Notes: generated by a model not told the origin, from the letters alone. Positions 1 through 8,224 are shown, counted from the first letter of the stretch. The stretch: 64,000 bases of DNA from an uncultured virus (IMG/VR IMGVR_UViG_3300024261_000008) (IMGVR_UViG_3300024261_000008:1-64000); one strand, 5' to 3'. Made by a program: numbers and translations.

Positions 1-45
1 CTCAAATCCAATCACAAGACTCATTAACTGTAGTAACTGTAACAT
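1..45 (-). CDS. 5' end of a small hypothetical gene running off the window (MLQLLQLMSLVIGFE...)
   Basis: ATG at 45 (minus) preceded by GAGGG; frame open to the window edge. Confidence 0.4.
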   Translation of the reverse strand, partial: MLQLLQLMSLVIGFE

Positions 46-133
46 ATTTTCCCTCGATTGCAAGTAAAATCCCGGCCTATATCATATATCGGCATTTATA
101 CCCTGCTGCATTAGGTAAAACATATTTATTTAA

Positions 134-149
134 TGGCACAATTTTCGCC
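134..149 (+). promoter_or_regulatory. sigma54-type -24/-12 element (TGGCACAATTTTCGCC) inside an imperfect palindrome 135-164
   Basis: GG-N10-GC spacing with TGGCAC; one of five related copies. Confidence 0.5.
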
Positions 150-183
150 CGAAAATTCTGTGCCGTTTCTGCCCCCTCTTACA

Positions 184-390
184 TTACCTTTGTTTGAGGC
201 TTTGATTTAATAGGTGCCGGTTTACGATAGGGTTGTTATACTTCTCAACCCTTGCTCTTTCCGCTGCTTTCTCACGATGGCCGGGATGGGCCTTATCATA
301 TGCGGCCTGTTCTGCTGCACACATCCAGATAGTACCACCTACCACACATACTACTACGAATCCGATAAATGTTGCTACTGCTTCGTTCAT
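184..390 (-). CDS. Small hypothetical protein with an N-terminal transmembrane segment
   Basis: 68 aa, hydrophobic FIGFVVVCVVGGTIW; AGGA RBS and a sigma70 promoter upstream. Confidence 0.75.
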   Translation of the reverse strand: MNEAVATFIGFVVVCVVGGTIWMCAAEQAAYDKAHPGHREKAAERARVEKYNNPIVNRHLLNQSLKQR

Positions 391-425
391 CTTATCAATC
401 CTCTGGGGTTAATGTCTTACATCCC

Positions 426-455
426 ATTATACGCATGTGATACTATACTAGTCAA
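426..455 (-). promoter_or_regulatory. sigma70-type promoter
   Basis: TTGACT-N18-TATAAT on the minus strand, just upstream of 184..390. Confidence 0.7.
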
Positions 456-477
456 GTGAAAAGTAGAAAATTTTTCG

Positions 478-493
478 GGCGAAATTTATGCCG
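478..493 (-). promoter_or_regulatory. sigma54-type element (CGGCATAAATTTCGCC)
   Basis: GG-N10-GC; nearly identical to the copy at 1220-1235. Confidence 0.5.
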
Positions 494-494
494 T

Positions 495-701
495 TTATTT
501 CCTACCTTCTTCCCTATATCGTTCGAGTAGTATAGCAGCGGCTACACGTACCCTATCGTATTTTTTATTCTCTTGATTCTCCACAAGATAACATTGTATT
601 AGAGTAGTAGGAAGGCTGTTGAGAAGGACCGTAACTGTTTTCAGGGAGGTCAAGTAGTTTGCCATCCTGTACAAGCGAAATTTACGTTTAATGTCGGTCA
701 T
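495..701 (-). CDS. Small hypothetical protein (MTDIKRKFRLY..., 68 aa)
   Basis: ATG at 701 with AAGGA RBS is a better start than 743 in the ORF track. Confidence 0.65.
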   Translation of the reverse strand: MTDIKRKFRLYRMANYLTSLKTVTVLLNSLPTTLIQCYLVENQENKKYDRVRVAAAILLERYREEGRK

Positions 702-711
702 GATAACGTCC

Positions 712-804
712 TTAGCAAATAGGGGTATAGTTCCAGAAAACACTTACAACAATCACACAGCAAACAATAACAATCAGCAGCAATTCTTGATCAGACTCTC
801 TCAT
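712..804 (-). CDS. 30-aa membrane peptide (MRESDQELLLIVIVCCVIVVSVFWNYTPIC)
   Basis: Not in the ORF track. GGAG RBS, one hydrophobic helix, TTGCTT-N16-TAGAAT upstream; its stop overlaps the RBS of the next gene. Confidence 0.6.
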   Translation of the reverse strand: MRESDQELLLIVIVCCVIVVSVFWNYTPIC

Positions 805-865
805 GATGATTTCTCCGGTGTCGTTTCCAATATGTATATTCTATACTGTCCAACTTAGGAAGCAA

Positions 866-1036
866 CTATTTAACCCAATATTTTTCGGTAACTACTTCAC
901 AATGTTCACCACATCGTGGGCAGCAATCCATATCTTGTGAACCGTATTCACCACAGCAATCACTGAGGTAGTACATAGCGTACATAGGTTCTTTTTTTTC
1001 ATCACACTGAACATTTACATCAAATTTATTTAACAT
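866..1036 (-). CDS. 56-aa Cys-rich putative Zn-binding protein (SDCCG...CCPRCGEHCEV)
   Basis: Not in the ORF track; hand translated. Paralog of 1919..2104; consensus sigma54 site directly upstream. Confidence 0.75.
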   Translation of the reverse strand: MLNKFDVNVQCDEKKEPMYAMYYLSDCCGEYGSQDMDCCPRCGEHCEVVTEKYWVK

Positions 1037-1068
1037 CTTAATACCTTAACTTTCTATATATATTATAG

Positions 1069-1084
1069 TGCAAGTACTGTGCCA
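1069..1084 (-). promoter_or_regulatory. Consensus sigma54 (-24/-12) promoter TGGCAC-AGTAC-TTGCA
   Basis: Exact match to TGGCAC-N5-TTGCW, about 33 nt upstream of the ATG at 1036. Confidence 0.7.
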
Positions 1085-1145
1085 AAACTTAATTATTTTG
1101 AGCCTATAAAACAAGGGGTTTTTTAACGTGTATCAGAATAAGACT

Positions 1146-1191
1146 ATGCATAACGCTACATAATGTGCATAATGCAATGCATAATGCTACA
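1146..1191. repeat. Imperfect tandem CATAA(C/T)G repeats (4 copies) in an AT-rich intergenic region
   Basis: CATAA at 1149, 1159, 1168 and 1180. Confidence 0.6.
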
Positions 1192-1219
1192 GTGCTTGTC
1201 TCAATATGAGAAAATTTTG

Positions 1220-1235
1220 GGCGAAATTTATGCCA
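1220..1235 (-). promoter_or_regulatory. sigma54-type element (TGGCATAAATTTCGCC)
   Basis: GG-N10-GC. Confidence 0.5.
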
Positions 1236-1295
1236 AAAAAAAACACGCCGTTGTGTCAGCGTGTCTCTTCCCTATAGCCCTATAGGTTGGGTGTG

Positions 1296-1634
1296 TCAGT
1301 CTCCGAATGGTGACTGCTCACTGTCTGTCATCTTAGCATACTGCTCAATAAGTGCAGCCTTACGCTCATCACTTCCCGGCAGCCCTACCTTATTAATCAT
1401 CTTATCACATGTGTGCTGTGGCTGTGTTGATACACTAGCCGACTCATACAATGCTTTACGATTAAACTTATTTACTCTTTCACACTTAACAGTACTACCA
1501 TCAGCAGTACTCTTATCTGTCATGTATGCCATGCCCGACCATATGGTATGTACCTGTCGCAGTGCATCGCGTGTGATGTCGTGTTGGTTCATCATGTTCT
1601 CACACTTAGCAATAATCATATCTGCATTAATCAT
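1296..1634 (-). CDS. Hypothetical protein (MINADMIIAK..., 112 aa)
   Basis: ATG at 1634 overlaps (ATGA) the stop of 1631..1741. Confidence 0.7.
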   Translation of the reverse strand: MINADMIIAKCENMMNQHDITRDALRQVHTIWSGMAYMTDKSTADGSTVKCERVNKFNRKALYESASVSTQPQHTCDKMINKVGLPGSDERKAALIEQYAKMTDSEQSPFGD

Positions 1635-1741
1635 TCGTTCACCTTGCTTTCTTCCCAAGTATTACCATTCGCTATTGATGGCTTATCGTTACCACCTATC
1701 AATACATATACGCTACCTTCTTGTGGCTTATCCTTATTCAT
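1631..1741 (-). CDS. 36-aa hypothetical peptide (MNKDKPQEGSVYVLIGG...)
   Basis: GAGGAGG RBS and ATGA overlaps at both ends; not in the ORF track. Confidence 0.6.
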   Translation of the reverse strand: MNKDKPQEGSVYVLIGGNDKPSIANGNTWEESKVNE

Positions 1742-1866
1742 CGTGCATCCTCCTCAAATATTGCATCACCGCATCGATCAACTGCGATACCCTCATCATT
1801 AATAAAGATATCACCATTACGCACACCTTCGATTATAATCTCATTTTTTTCTACATCATCAAACAT
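1738..1866 (-). CDS. 42-aa acidic peptide (MFDDVEKNEIIIEGVRNGDIF...)
   Basis: GGGAG RBS and ATGA overlap with the downstream gene; not in the ORF track. Confidence 0.6.
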   Translation of the reverse strand: MFDDVEKNEIIIEGVRNGDIFINDEGIAVDRCGDAIFEEDAR

Positions 1867-1918
1867 ATCAACTCCCAACATCTAAAGTAAACCAAAATTA
1901 ATTACTACATTCATTGTA

Positions 1919-2104
1919 TCATCCAACTCCGTGCTGGTCAAGCGATGAATCAAACGCTACTACGTTACCGTCAGTATCAAAATCAATTCGATCTTCGATA
2001 ACCTCACAATGTTCGTAGCAAGTAGGGCAAAGATCAGCGTCAGAATGAACTGAAGTTCCGCAACAATCTGAAGAATAAACGATTTCGAAGTTGTTATTTG
2101 ACAT
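1919..2104 (-). CDS. 61-aa Cys-rich acidic putative Zn-binding protein (SDCCG...CPTCYEHCEV)
   Basis: Same motif as 866..1036; strong sigma70 promoter upstream. Confidence 0.8.
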   Translation of the reverse strand: MSNNNFEIVYSSDCCGTSVHSDADLCPTCYEHCEVIEDRIDFDTDGNVVAFDSSLDQHGVG

Positions 2105-2143
2105 TTTAATTTTCTTTCTAAGTTTTTTACTTGTTATACTACC

Positions 2144-2172
2144 ATTGTATACTTAATATCGTCAAAAGTCAA
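2144..2172 (-). promoter_or_regulatory. sigma70-type promoter
   Basis: TTGACT-N17-TACAAT on the minus strand. Confidence 0.75.
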
Positions 2173-2289
2173 GCCTTATCTTTAGAAAATAATTATTTCC
2201 CTATAAAAATAGATCCATTTTAGAAATATTCCATGTTGGACAGTTAGAAAGATGAGATTTACACTTCTTTTAAAGTCATTTTGGACTTT

Positions 2290-2305
2290 TGGCACAATTT
2301 TCGCA
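2290..2305 (+). promoter_or_regulatory. sigma54-type element (TGGCACAATTTTCGCA)
   Basis: GG-N10-GC; 15/16 identical to the copy at 134-149. Confidence 0.5.
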
Positions 2306-2440
2306 CGTAAGTAGGCGGGTATTCTTTAATCTCAGACGGAAGTACCTGAATGTGACGAAAACCCATGGGTGGTGCATACACAACTCAACCAGCCAGATAG
2401 AATTGGCCGGTTTCTTTTGGTTCTAGAAGCGTGATGCTTT

Positions 2441-2671
2441 TTATAAACGGCCCGCACCCTCTATGAAGTTGGCCGGTTTCTTTTCCTTCACGGGTCTACC
2501 CCGTTCTTTTTTCAGACTCAGATGCCGCCTTTGTCGCCGTACCATACTAGTAGTAATATCCTCGCCCGTCATGCTCTTTAAAACCTTGGCTAGTTCCTCA
2601 TCGCACATTGTTTTGTGGTTCGCCCGGATGTATTCCCGTTCAGCGTCAGTCCATCTTTTGTAGTTAGCCAT
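2441..2671 (-). CDS. Small basic helix-turn-helix-like DNA-binding protein
   Basis: KRWTDAEREYIR...DEELAKVL...MVRRQRR pattern; AGGA RBS; divergent from the late operon. Confidence 0.65.
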   Translation of the reverse strand: MANYKRWTDAEREYIRANHKTMCDEELAKVLKSMTGEDITTSMVRRQRRHLSLKKERGRPVKEKKPANFIEGAGRL

Positions 2672-2689
2672 TTTATTTTCCTGTAAAAG

Positions 2690-2720
2690 TTGACAAATCG
2701 TGTAACAACAGTATTATAGT
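2690..2720 (+). promoter_or_regulatory. sigma70-type promoter for the sigma/packaging operon
   Basis: Perfect TTGACA followed by TATTAT (16-nt spacer) or TATAGT (19-nt spacer). Confidence 0.55.
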
Positions 2721-2753
2721 AATGATTGATCACTTTAATGCAAGGAGAAAACC

Positions 2754-2909
2754 GTGAAAAGCACGAAAAATGTTGCAAGCACCTTAAATGTGGTAGCTAG
2801 TGGACAAGTTGATGTGACTCTAGACCTAGAAAAACCCGAAGGAAAGTGCATAGCGAAACTAATAGATGAGCAAGAAGAAACGCAAAAAGAAGACAACGCT
2901 ACCGAATAA
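2754..2909 (+). CDS. 51-aa hypothetical protein (GTG start; MKSTKNVASTLNVVASG...)
   Basis: AAGGAG RBS; overlaps the start of the sigma gene; not in the ORF track. Confidence 0.55.
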   Translation: MKSTKNVASTLNVVASGQVDVTLDLEKPEGKCIAKLIDEQEETQKEDNATE

Positions 2910-3525
2910 TGTCGATGAGACAGAATTTCTACAAGTAGTAGATAATATCAGTAGACGTTTGGGACATAAATTTAAATTCGGATATCATAGCTTCGAGGAT
3001 ATGAAACAACAGTGTGCCATATTCGCCTTGGAAGGACTAAACAAATATGATAATAAACGTCCCCTAGAAAACTTCCTCTGGATTCATGTAAGAAACAGAC
3101 TCTTTAATTTCAAGAGAGATAACTACCAGCGTCCTGATAAACCCTGTTTTGTTTGCAAATTTTACGATGCCCATTGCAGTAAATCGGTCAATCAGTGTTT
3201 AGAATTTAGCGACAAGAACAACTGTGAAGAGTTTACCGCTTGGAATAATAGAAACACTAATAAAAAGAACATAATGAAACCTGTTGGAATAGAGGACTTA
3301 AAAGAGACACAAAAAAGTTTCCAAAAGAATTACGACATAGCGGAACTAGTTACAAGAAAGCAAATAATTCGCATCTTAGACGAACATGTTCCAGCCCCGT
3401 ATAGAGAAACCTACTTACGTTTGAAGTTTGGAGAACGTATTTACAAAAGCGACTTAAATAAACTACTTGAAATAACCACTAAGATATTAGAAGAACACAA
3501 TTATGACATCGAAAAAGATTCCTAA
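2866..3525 (+). CDS. Phage-encoded sigma70-family-like factor (region 2) with a Cys-rich insert
   Basis: FEDMKQQCAIFALEGLNKYD...FLWIHVRNRLFNFKR resembles sigma region 2; CxxC...C...C...C insert; region 4 looks truncated. Confidence 0.75.
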   Translation: MSKKKRKKKTTLPNNVDETEFLQVVDNISRRLGHKFKFGYHSFEDMKQQCAIFALEGLNKYDNKRPLENFLWIHVRNRLFNFKRDNYQRPDKPCFVCKFYDAHCSKSVNQCLEFSDKNNCEEFTAWNNRNTNKKNIMKPVGIEDLKETQKSFQKNYDIAELVTRKQIIRILDEHVPAPYRETYLRLKFGERIYKSDLNKLLEITTKILEEHNYDIEKDS

Positions 3526-4345
3526 AAAACGCGGAAAGCTAAGTATCGACGACGAACGCTATATACGTGAAAACGTAAGCGAACTGAGTATCGAACAAAT
3601 AGCTGATGCCATTAATAGAACTGCCAAACCCGTAGAACGCTTTATCATTGAAAACAATCTTGGGGTTAGCACCTTTACTGAACAACAAAATAATAAAACC
3701 CTGATCACTAAACTTCATAGTAAAACCTTTTGGAACGAGATCGTAAGACAATTTGATGAGACCACAGGAGAACTAGAGTACTTTGAGAATACATGGATTG
3801 GACTAATTAAGCAATTCCGTGAAGATGTGCTGCCTGCTGAAGAAATGCAGATTAAACAATTTATAACTATTGACATATTGATCAATCGTAGCATGAAAGA
3901 GCGTAAGAGACACATACAGGAGACTGAGAGACTACAACGTGAGGTAGAACAAGAATATAAACTGCCAGAAGATGTTAGAGACATCCCTAAACTGGCTAAT
4001 CTGGAAACCCAACTCAGTTTCGCTCGCAATAGCATCGCTAATTACACAAACGAATATACCAAGTTGCTTAATGAGCAACAGAAGATAAGTAAGGATTTGA
4101 AAGCAACCCGTGAGCAGCGTATCAAACGTATAGAAGATGGCAAGAGTAGTTGGATCGGACTTATCAGAATGCTAGAAGACGAAGACATTCGTGAGAAGGC
4201 AGGTCGTGAAATGGAAATCATGGCTATGGCTGTAGACAAGAGCAAAACACAACTTCGTGAACTATATCAGTATGCAGATGAAAATGTAGACAATCCACTT
4301 TTAAATTGTGACACTATGGAAGAAGAAGAGGTAAAGGATGAATAA
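3503..4345 (+). CDS. HTH plus coiled-coil protein, probable terminase small subunit
   Basis: N-terminal HTH-like (SIEQIADAINRT), long coiled coil, position upstream of TerL. Confidence 0.5.
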   Translation: MTSKKIPKKRGKLSIDDERYIRENVSELSIEQIADAINRTAKPVERFIIENNLGVSTFTEQQNNKTLITKLHSKTFWNEIVRQFDETTGELEYFENTWIGLIKQFREDVLPAEEMQIKQFITIDILINRSMKERKRHIQETERLQREVEQEYKLPEDVRDIPKLANLETQLSFARNSIANYTNEYTKLLNEQQKISKDLKATREQRIKRIEDGKSSWIGLIRMLEDEDIREKAGREMEIMAMAVDKSKTQLRELYQYADENVDNPLLNCDTMEEEEVKDE

Positions 4346-5459
4346 AACAGCAATCGTAACAGGCGTAACAGGACAAGACGGCAGCTACCTAAGCGAGCTA
4401 CTCTTATCAAAAGGATATCTTGTATATGGATGTCATCGCCGCACAAGCACACCCAGCACACACAGAATTTCTCGTATCCTGAACAATCCTGACTTTCAAC
4501 TTATAGAGTTTGATCTTACAGACCCTAGTGGAATACATGAAGTTATTAGTGGTATCAAACCACATGAATTTTATAACCTAGCCGCACAGAGTCATGTAGG
4601 AACCAGTTTTAAACAACCCAACACAACCTTTGATATTGATTGTAATGGAGTGATCCACATACTAGAAGCCATTAAACAGCACAGTCCCGGTACTCGCTTT
4701 TATCAGGCCAGCACCAGCGAAATGTTTGGTCGTAATTACTCTCAGATCACAGAAGACGGTAAAAAGTACCAAGACGAAAATACCAGCATGTTGCCTCAGA
4801 GTCCTTATGGTGTTGCTAAACTTGCCTCTCATCATATGGTCACTATCTACCGTGATGCCTACAACCTGTTCGCCACCAGTGGTATCCTATTTAACCATGA
4901 AAGCCCACGCCGTGGTGAGAACTTCGTAACTCGTAAAATTACTAAATACCTCGGAGAATATATAAAAAATCCCCATATACCAACCCTTAAACTTGGCAAC
5001 CTAGCCGCATACAGAGATTGGGGACATGCTAAGGACTACGTAAGGGCAATGCACTTGATGCTACAAGCCCCAGAACCTTCCGACTACGTAATAAGCAGTG
5101 GTGACACTTATTCTGTACAACACTTTCTAGACCTTGCATGTGAGATGGCAGGATTGGATGAAGATCAAACAGATGAGTTGTATGAAATTGATCCAGAGTT
5201 CTTTCGTCCCTGTGAAGTAGATTATCTTTGCGGCGATTCGAGCAAGGCTCGTAATGATTTGGGTTGGACTCAAGAGTACACATTTGAGAAACTCGTAGAG
5301 GACATGCTACGCCATGATTGTGGAGGTCGTGCCGACCTCGTGAAGTCTGCTAAGGCTTGTTGTGGTACAGGCAAGAAGTCCTGTCGTTCTACGAACAATA
5401 CTAGAGAAAAATTTGACCAACAGTCAAAAGACGGCTTTGGTTTTTATACCGGCAATTAA
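4338..5459 (+). CDS. gmd: GDP-mannose 4,6-dehydratase
   Basis: GVTGQDGSYL, LAAQSHV, QASTSEMFG, SPYGVAK (YxxxK), LFNHESPRRG and RDWGHA motifs. Confidence 0.97.
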   Translation: MNKTAIVTGVTGQDGSYLSELLLSKGYLVYGCHRRTSTPSTHRISRILNNPDFQLIEFDLTDPSGIHEVISGIKPHEFYNLAAQSHVGTSFKQPNTTFDIDCNGVIHILEAIKQHSPGTRFYQASTSEMFGRNYSQITEDGKKYQDENTSMLPQSPYGVAKLASHHMVTIYRDAYNLFATSGILFNHESPRRGENFVTRKITKYLGEYIKNPHIPTLKLGNLAAYRDWGHAKDYVRAMHLMLQAPEPSDYVISSGDTYSVQHFLDLACEMAGLDEDQTDELYEIDPEFFRPCEVDYLCGDSSKARNDLGWTQEYTFEKLVEDMLRHDCGGRADLVKSAKACCGTGKKSCRSTNNTREKFDQQSKDGFGFYTGN

Positions 5460-5473
5460 TAAAAGGAACTTTT

Positions 5474-5743
5474 ATGAAGCGATGGTATCAAGACCCAGTA
5501 TATAAAGAATGGCGAAAAAAAGTTTATGCTAGAGACAAACATTGTTGTCGCTGGCCGGGATGCAATAAAAGAAGAGGGCTGCAAGCCCACCACATAATGA
5601 GATGGGCAGATCATCCTGCACTTCGATATGAAATTGGCAACGGTATTACCTTGTGTAAGGACCACCACAAAATGATCACAGGCAACGAAGATGGCTATGC
5701 AGCCGCATTTTTAAGGATACTTGCAAATGATAGATTACAGTAA
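5474..5743 (+). CDS. HNH endonuclease (terminase-associated type)
   Basis: RDKHCCRWPGC...AHHI...NGITLCKDHH. Confidence 0.9.
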   Translation: MKRWYQDPVYKEWRKKVYARDKHCCRWPGCNKRRGLQAHHIMRWADHPALRYEIGNGITLCKDHHKMITGNEDGYAAAFLRILANDRLQ

Positions 5744-6194
5744 TTTTCACATTATAGTAGACACAAGAGAACAACAACCGTGGAACTTTGGCACACTTAG
5801 CCAGAGCGTAGGAAAGCTAGACACAGGAGACTATAGTCTACGTGGTTTAGAAGAGTTGTTTTGCATAGAAAGAAAGATGAGCGTTAGTGAAGTAGCAAAC
5901 AATATCGTGGAGAAACGATGGAAGGATGTTATAAAGAGGCTGGAAAGCTATCAGTATCCCTTTCTGCTTTGCGAATTTAGCCTCTCAGACGTTTATAGCT
6001 ATCCAGAGGGTAGTGACGTACCCAGAAAGCTATGGGGCAAACTGAGGGTCAAGAGCGGCTTTATAATGAAGCACATCTTAGAAATGCAGATGAAGTATGG
6101 AATACACGTATTATTCTGTGGAGATGCAGAGAACGCAAATAAACTAGCACTAGGCCTTATGAGGAAAATATATGAACTCCACGGACAGCCTTGA
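5727..6194 (+). CDS. ERCC4-domain nuclease
   Basis: IIVDTREQ...GDYS...IERK signature. Confidence 0.88.
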   Translation: MIDYSNFHIIVDTREQQPWNFGTLSQSVGKLDTGDYSLRGLEELFCIERKMSVSEVANNIVEKRWKDVIKRLESYQYPFLLCEFSLSDVYSYPEGSDVPRKLWGKLRVKSGFIMKHILEMQMKYGIHVLFCGDAENANKLALGLMRKIYELHGQP

Positions 6195-8223
6195 TATTAG
6201 TCAGTACGATGACGCTTGGCTTGGACTAGGCGATCTAAGCAAAATAAAGACACCTGATAACCAGATGGTTAATCGGAGCGAATATGACATCGAACATCCT
6301 GATTTGCATTTGCTTCGTATGATACGAAACCCAAGAAATCTGGGGATGACCGTTAAACTGTTGTTTGGAATCGAACTTCATCCGATCCAGATCGCAATCT
6401 TACAAGAGTTTTGGAGCAGGCCGTTTCCTATGTTTATAGCGAGTCGTGGTTTCGGTAAAAGTTTTTTGATGAGTCTTTACTGTATTCTTAAATGTACCTT
6501 TGTACCGGGAACCAAGATTGTGGTCGTTGGTGCTGGTTTTCGTCAGAGTAAGATTCTGTTTGAGTATATGGAAGGAATATGGAGAACAAGTCCCATCTTA
6601 AGAAACATCTTCAGTGGAAATAATGATGGCCCGCGTCGAGATGTTGACAGATGCACGATTCGATTGGGCGAATCATGGACTATTGCGATTCCTATGGGTG
6701 ATGGAAGTAAGATTCGAGGTTTGAGAGCCCACATTATCATCGCAGACGAGTTCGCATCAATGAGCCCCGATGTATATGAAACAGTTGTCGCCGGTTTTGC
6801 TGCGGTAAGTGCTTCTCCAATTCAGAATGTCAAAGACGAAGCTAAGAAAGAAGCAATGAAAGAAGCAGGCATTTGGACACCTGAAATGGACGAGATGAAT
6901 GTCAAGATGGGTAATCAAGCTATTATTAGTGGAACAGCAGATTACGGCTTCAAGCACTTTGCCTCGTACTGGAAACGATATAAAGCTATTGTACAGAGCC
7001 AAGGAAGCAAGTTTAAACTAGAGGAAATCTTCAAAGGCGAGGTTCCAGACAACTTTAATTGGAAGGATTATAGTGTCATTAGAATCCCGTATGACCTCAT
7101 CCCGAAGGGTTTTATGGATGACAAACAGATCGCCAGAGCCAGAGCAACGATTCATACTGGAATCTATAATATGGAATATGCGGCGTGTTTTACCGATGAC
7201 AGTGATGGGTTTTTTAAGCGTAGTCTTATTGAAAGCTGTGTGTCAAACCCGGACAAGCCAGTAGTTGTCAATGAAAAGCCGATTGTATTTGAAGCAGCAA
7301 CACAAGGCAATCCTGACTTGCAATACATTTATGGTATTGACCCCGCTTCAGAAAAAGATAATTTCTGTATAGTCGTACTGGAACTACACCCAGATCACAC
7401 AAGGATTGTTCATGTATGGACTACTAACCGAACTAATTTTAAAGACCGACAAAAGAGTGGTCTTGTAGACGAACATGATTTTTATGGCTTTTGTGCTCGA
7501 AAGATACGAAATCTTATGAAGGTCTTCCCATGTTATAGAATAGGATTAGATGCACAAGGAGGTGGAGTAGCTATTGAGGAAGCATTGCACGATCCCGCAA
7601 AATTAGAAGAGGGAGAACAATTAATTTGGCCTATTGTAGATTATGATAACCGTAAAGGCAAAGATACAGATAGTCAGGCAGGTCTACATATTCTGGAATT
7701 GTGTCAGTTCGCTAGAGCAGATTGGACAGCACAAGCGAATCATGGCCTAAGAAAGGATTTCGAAGATAAGCTACTACTGCTACCAGCTTTTGATCAACTA
7801 ACTTTAGGGCTAACTATGGATGCAGAAGGCAAAGATATTTTGAACACAGACCTGTCCAAGAATCTATATGACAATCAAACAGAGTGCATACTAGAGATAG
7901 AAGAACTAAAAAATGAGTTAACAACTATAGTTATGTCGCAGACAAGCACCAGTTCAGGAGCTAGAGACAGATGGGACACTCCAGAAGTGAAACTAAACAA
8001 TGGTAAAAAAGGACGTTTAAGGAAAGATAGATATAGTTCACTGGTTATGGCAAATATGCTAGCTAGGCAGATTAATCGACAGTTAGCACCTGTTAGTTAC
8101 GACGTTATTGGGGGAAATGCTAGTGATATTCATAAAAAGAGAGATGGTAATATGTATGTAGGTCCAGAGTGGTTTACAAAGGGTGGAGGAAATGAAGATT
8201 TTTATGGAGGGATTTACCGATAG
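6172..8223 (+). CDS. terL: Terminase large subunit
   Basis: Walker A ASRGFGKS, Walker B IIIADE, RNase H-like GIDPAS ... KDRYSS. Confidence 0.95.
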   Translation: MNSTDSLDISQYDDAWLGLGDLSKIKTPDNQMVNRSEYDIEHPDLHLLRMIRNPRNLGMTVKLLFGIELHPIQIAILQEFWSRPFPMFIASRGFGKSFLMSLYCILKCTFVPGTKIVVVGAGFRQSKILFEYMEGIWRTSPILRNIFSGNNDGPRRDVDRCTIRLGESWTIAIPMGDGSKIRGLRAHIIIADEFASMSPDVYETVVAGFAAVSASPIQNVKDEAKKEAMKEAGIWTPEMDEMNVKMGNQAIISGTADYGFKHFASYWKRYKAIVQSQGSKFKLEEIFKGEVPDNFNWKDYSVIRIPYDLIPKGFMDDKQIARARATIHTGIYNMEYAACFTDDSDGFFKRSLIESCVSNPDKPVVVNEKPIVFEAATQGNPDLQYIYGIDPASEKDNFCIVVLELHPDHTRIVHVWTTNRTNFKDRQKSGLVDEHDFYGFCARKIRNLMKVFPCYRIGLDAQGGGVAIEEALHDPAKLEEGEQLIWPIVDYDNRKGKDTDSQAGLHILELCQFARADWTAQANHGLRKDFEDKLLLLPAFDQLTLGLTMDAEGKDILNTDLSKNLYDNQTECILEIEELKNELTTIVMSQTSTSSGARDRWDTPEVKLNNGKKGRLRKDRYSSLVMANMLARQINRQLAPVSYDVIGGNASDIHKKRDGNMYVGPEWFTKGGGNEDFYGGIYR

Positions 8224-8224
8224 T

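Noticed and set aside
1261..1890. 209-aa plus-strand ORF (also 214..459 and 1548..1802)
   Set aside because: Antisense to a chain of minus-strand genes with RBSs and ATGA overlaps; atypical composition.
6172..8223. Intein or intron in the terminase
   Set aside because: Continuous ORF with no C/S...HN splice motifs or LAGLIDADG block seen.
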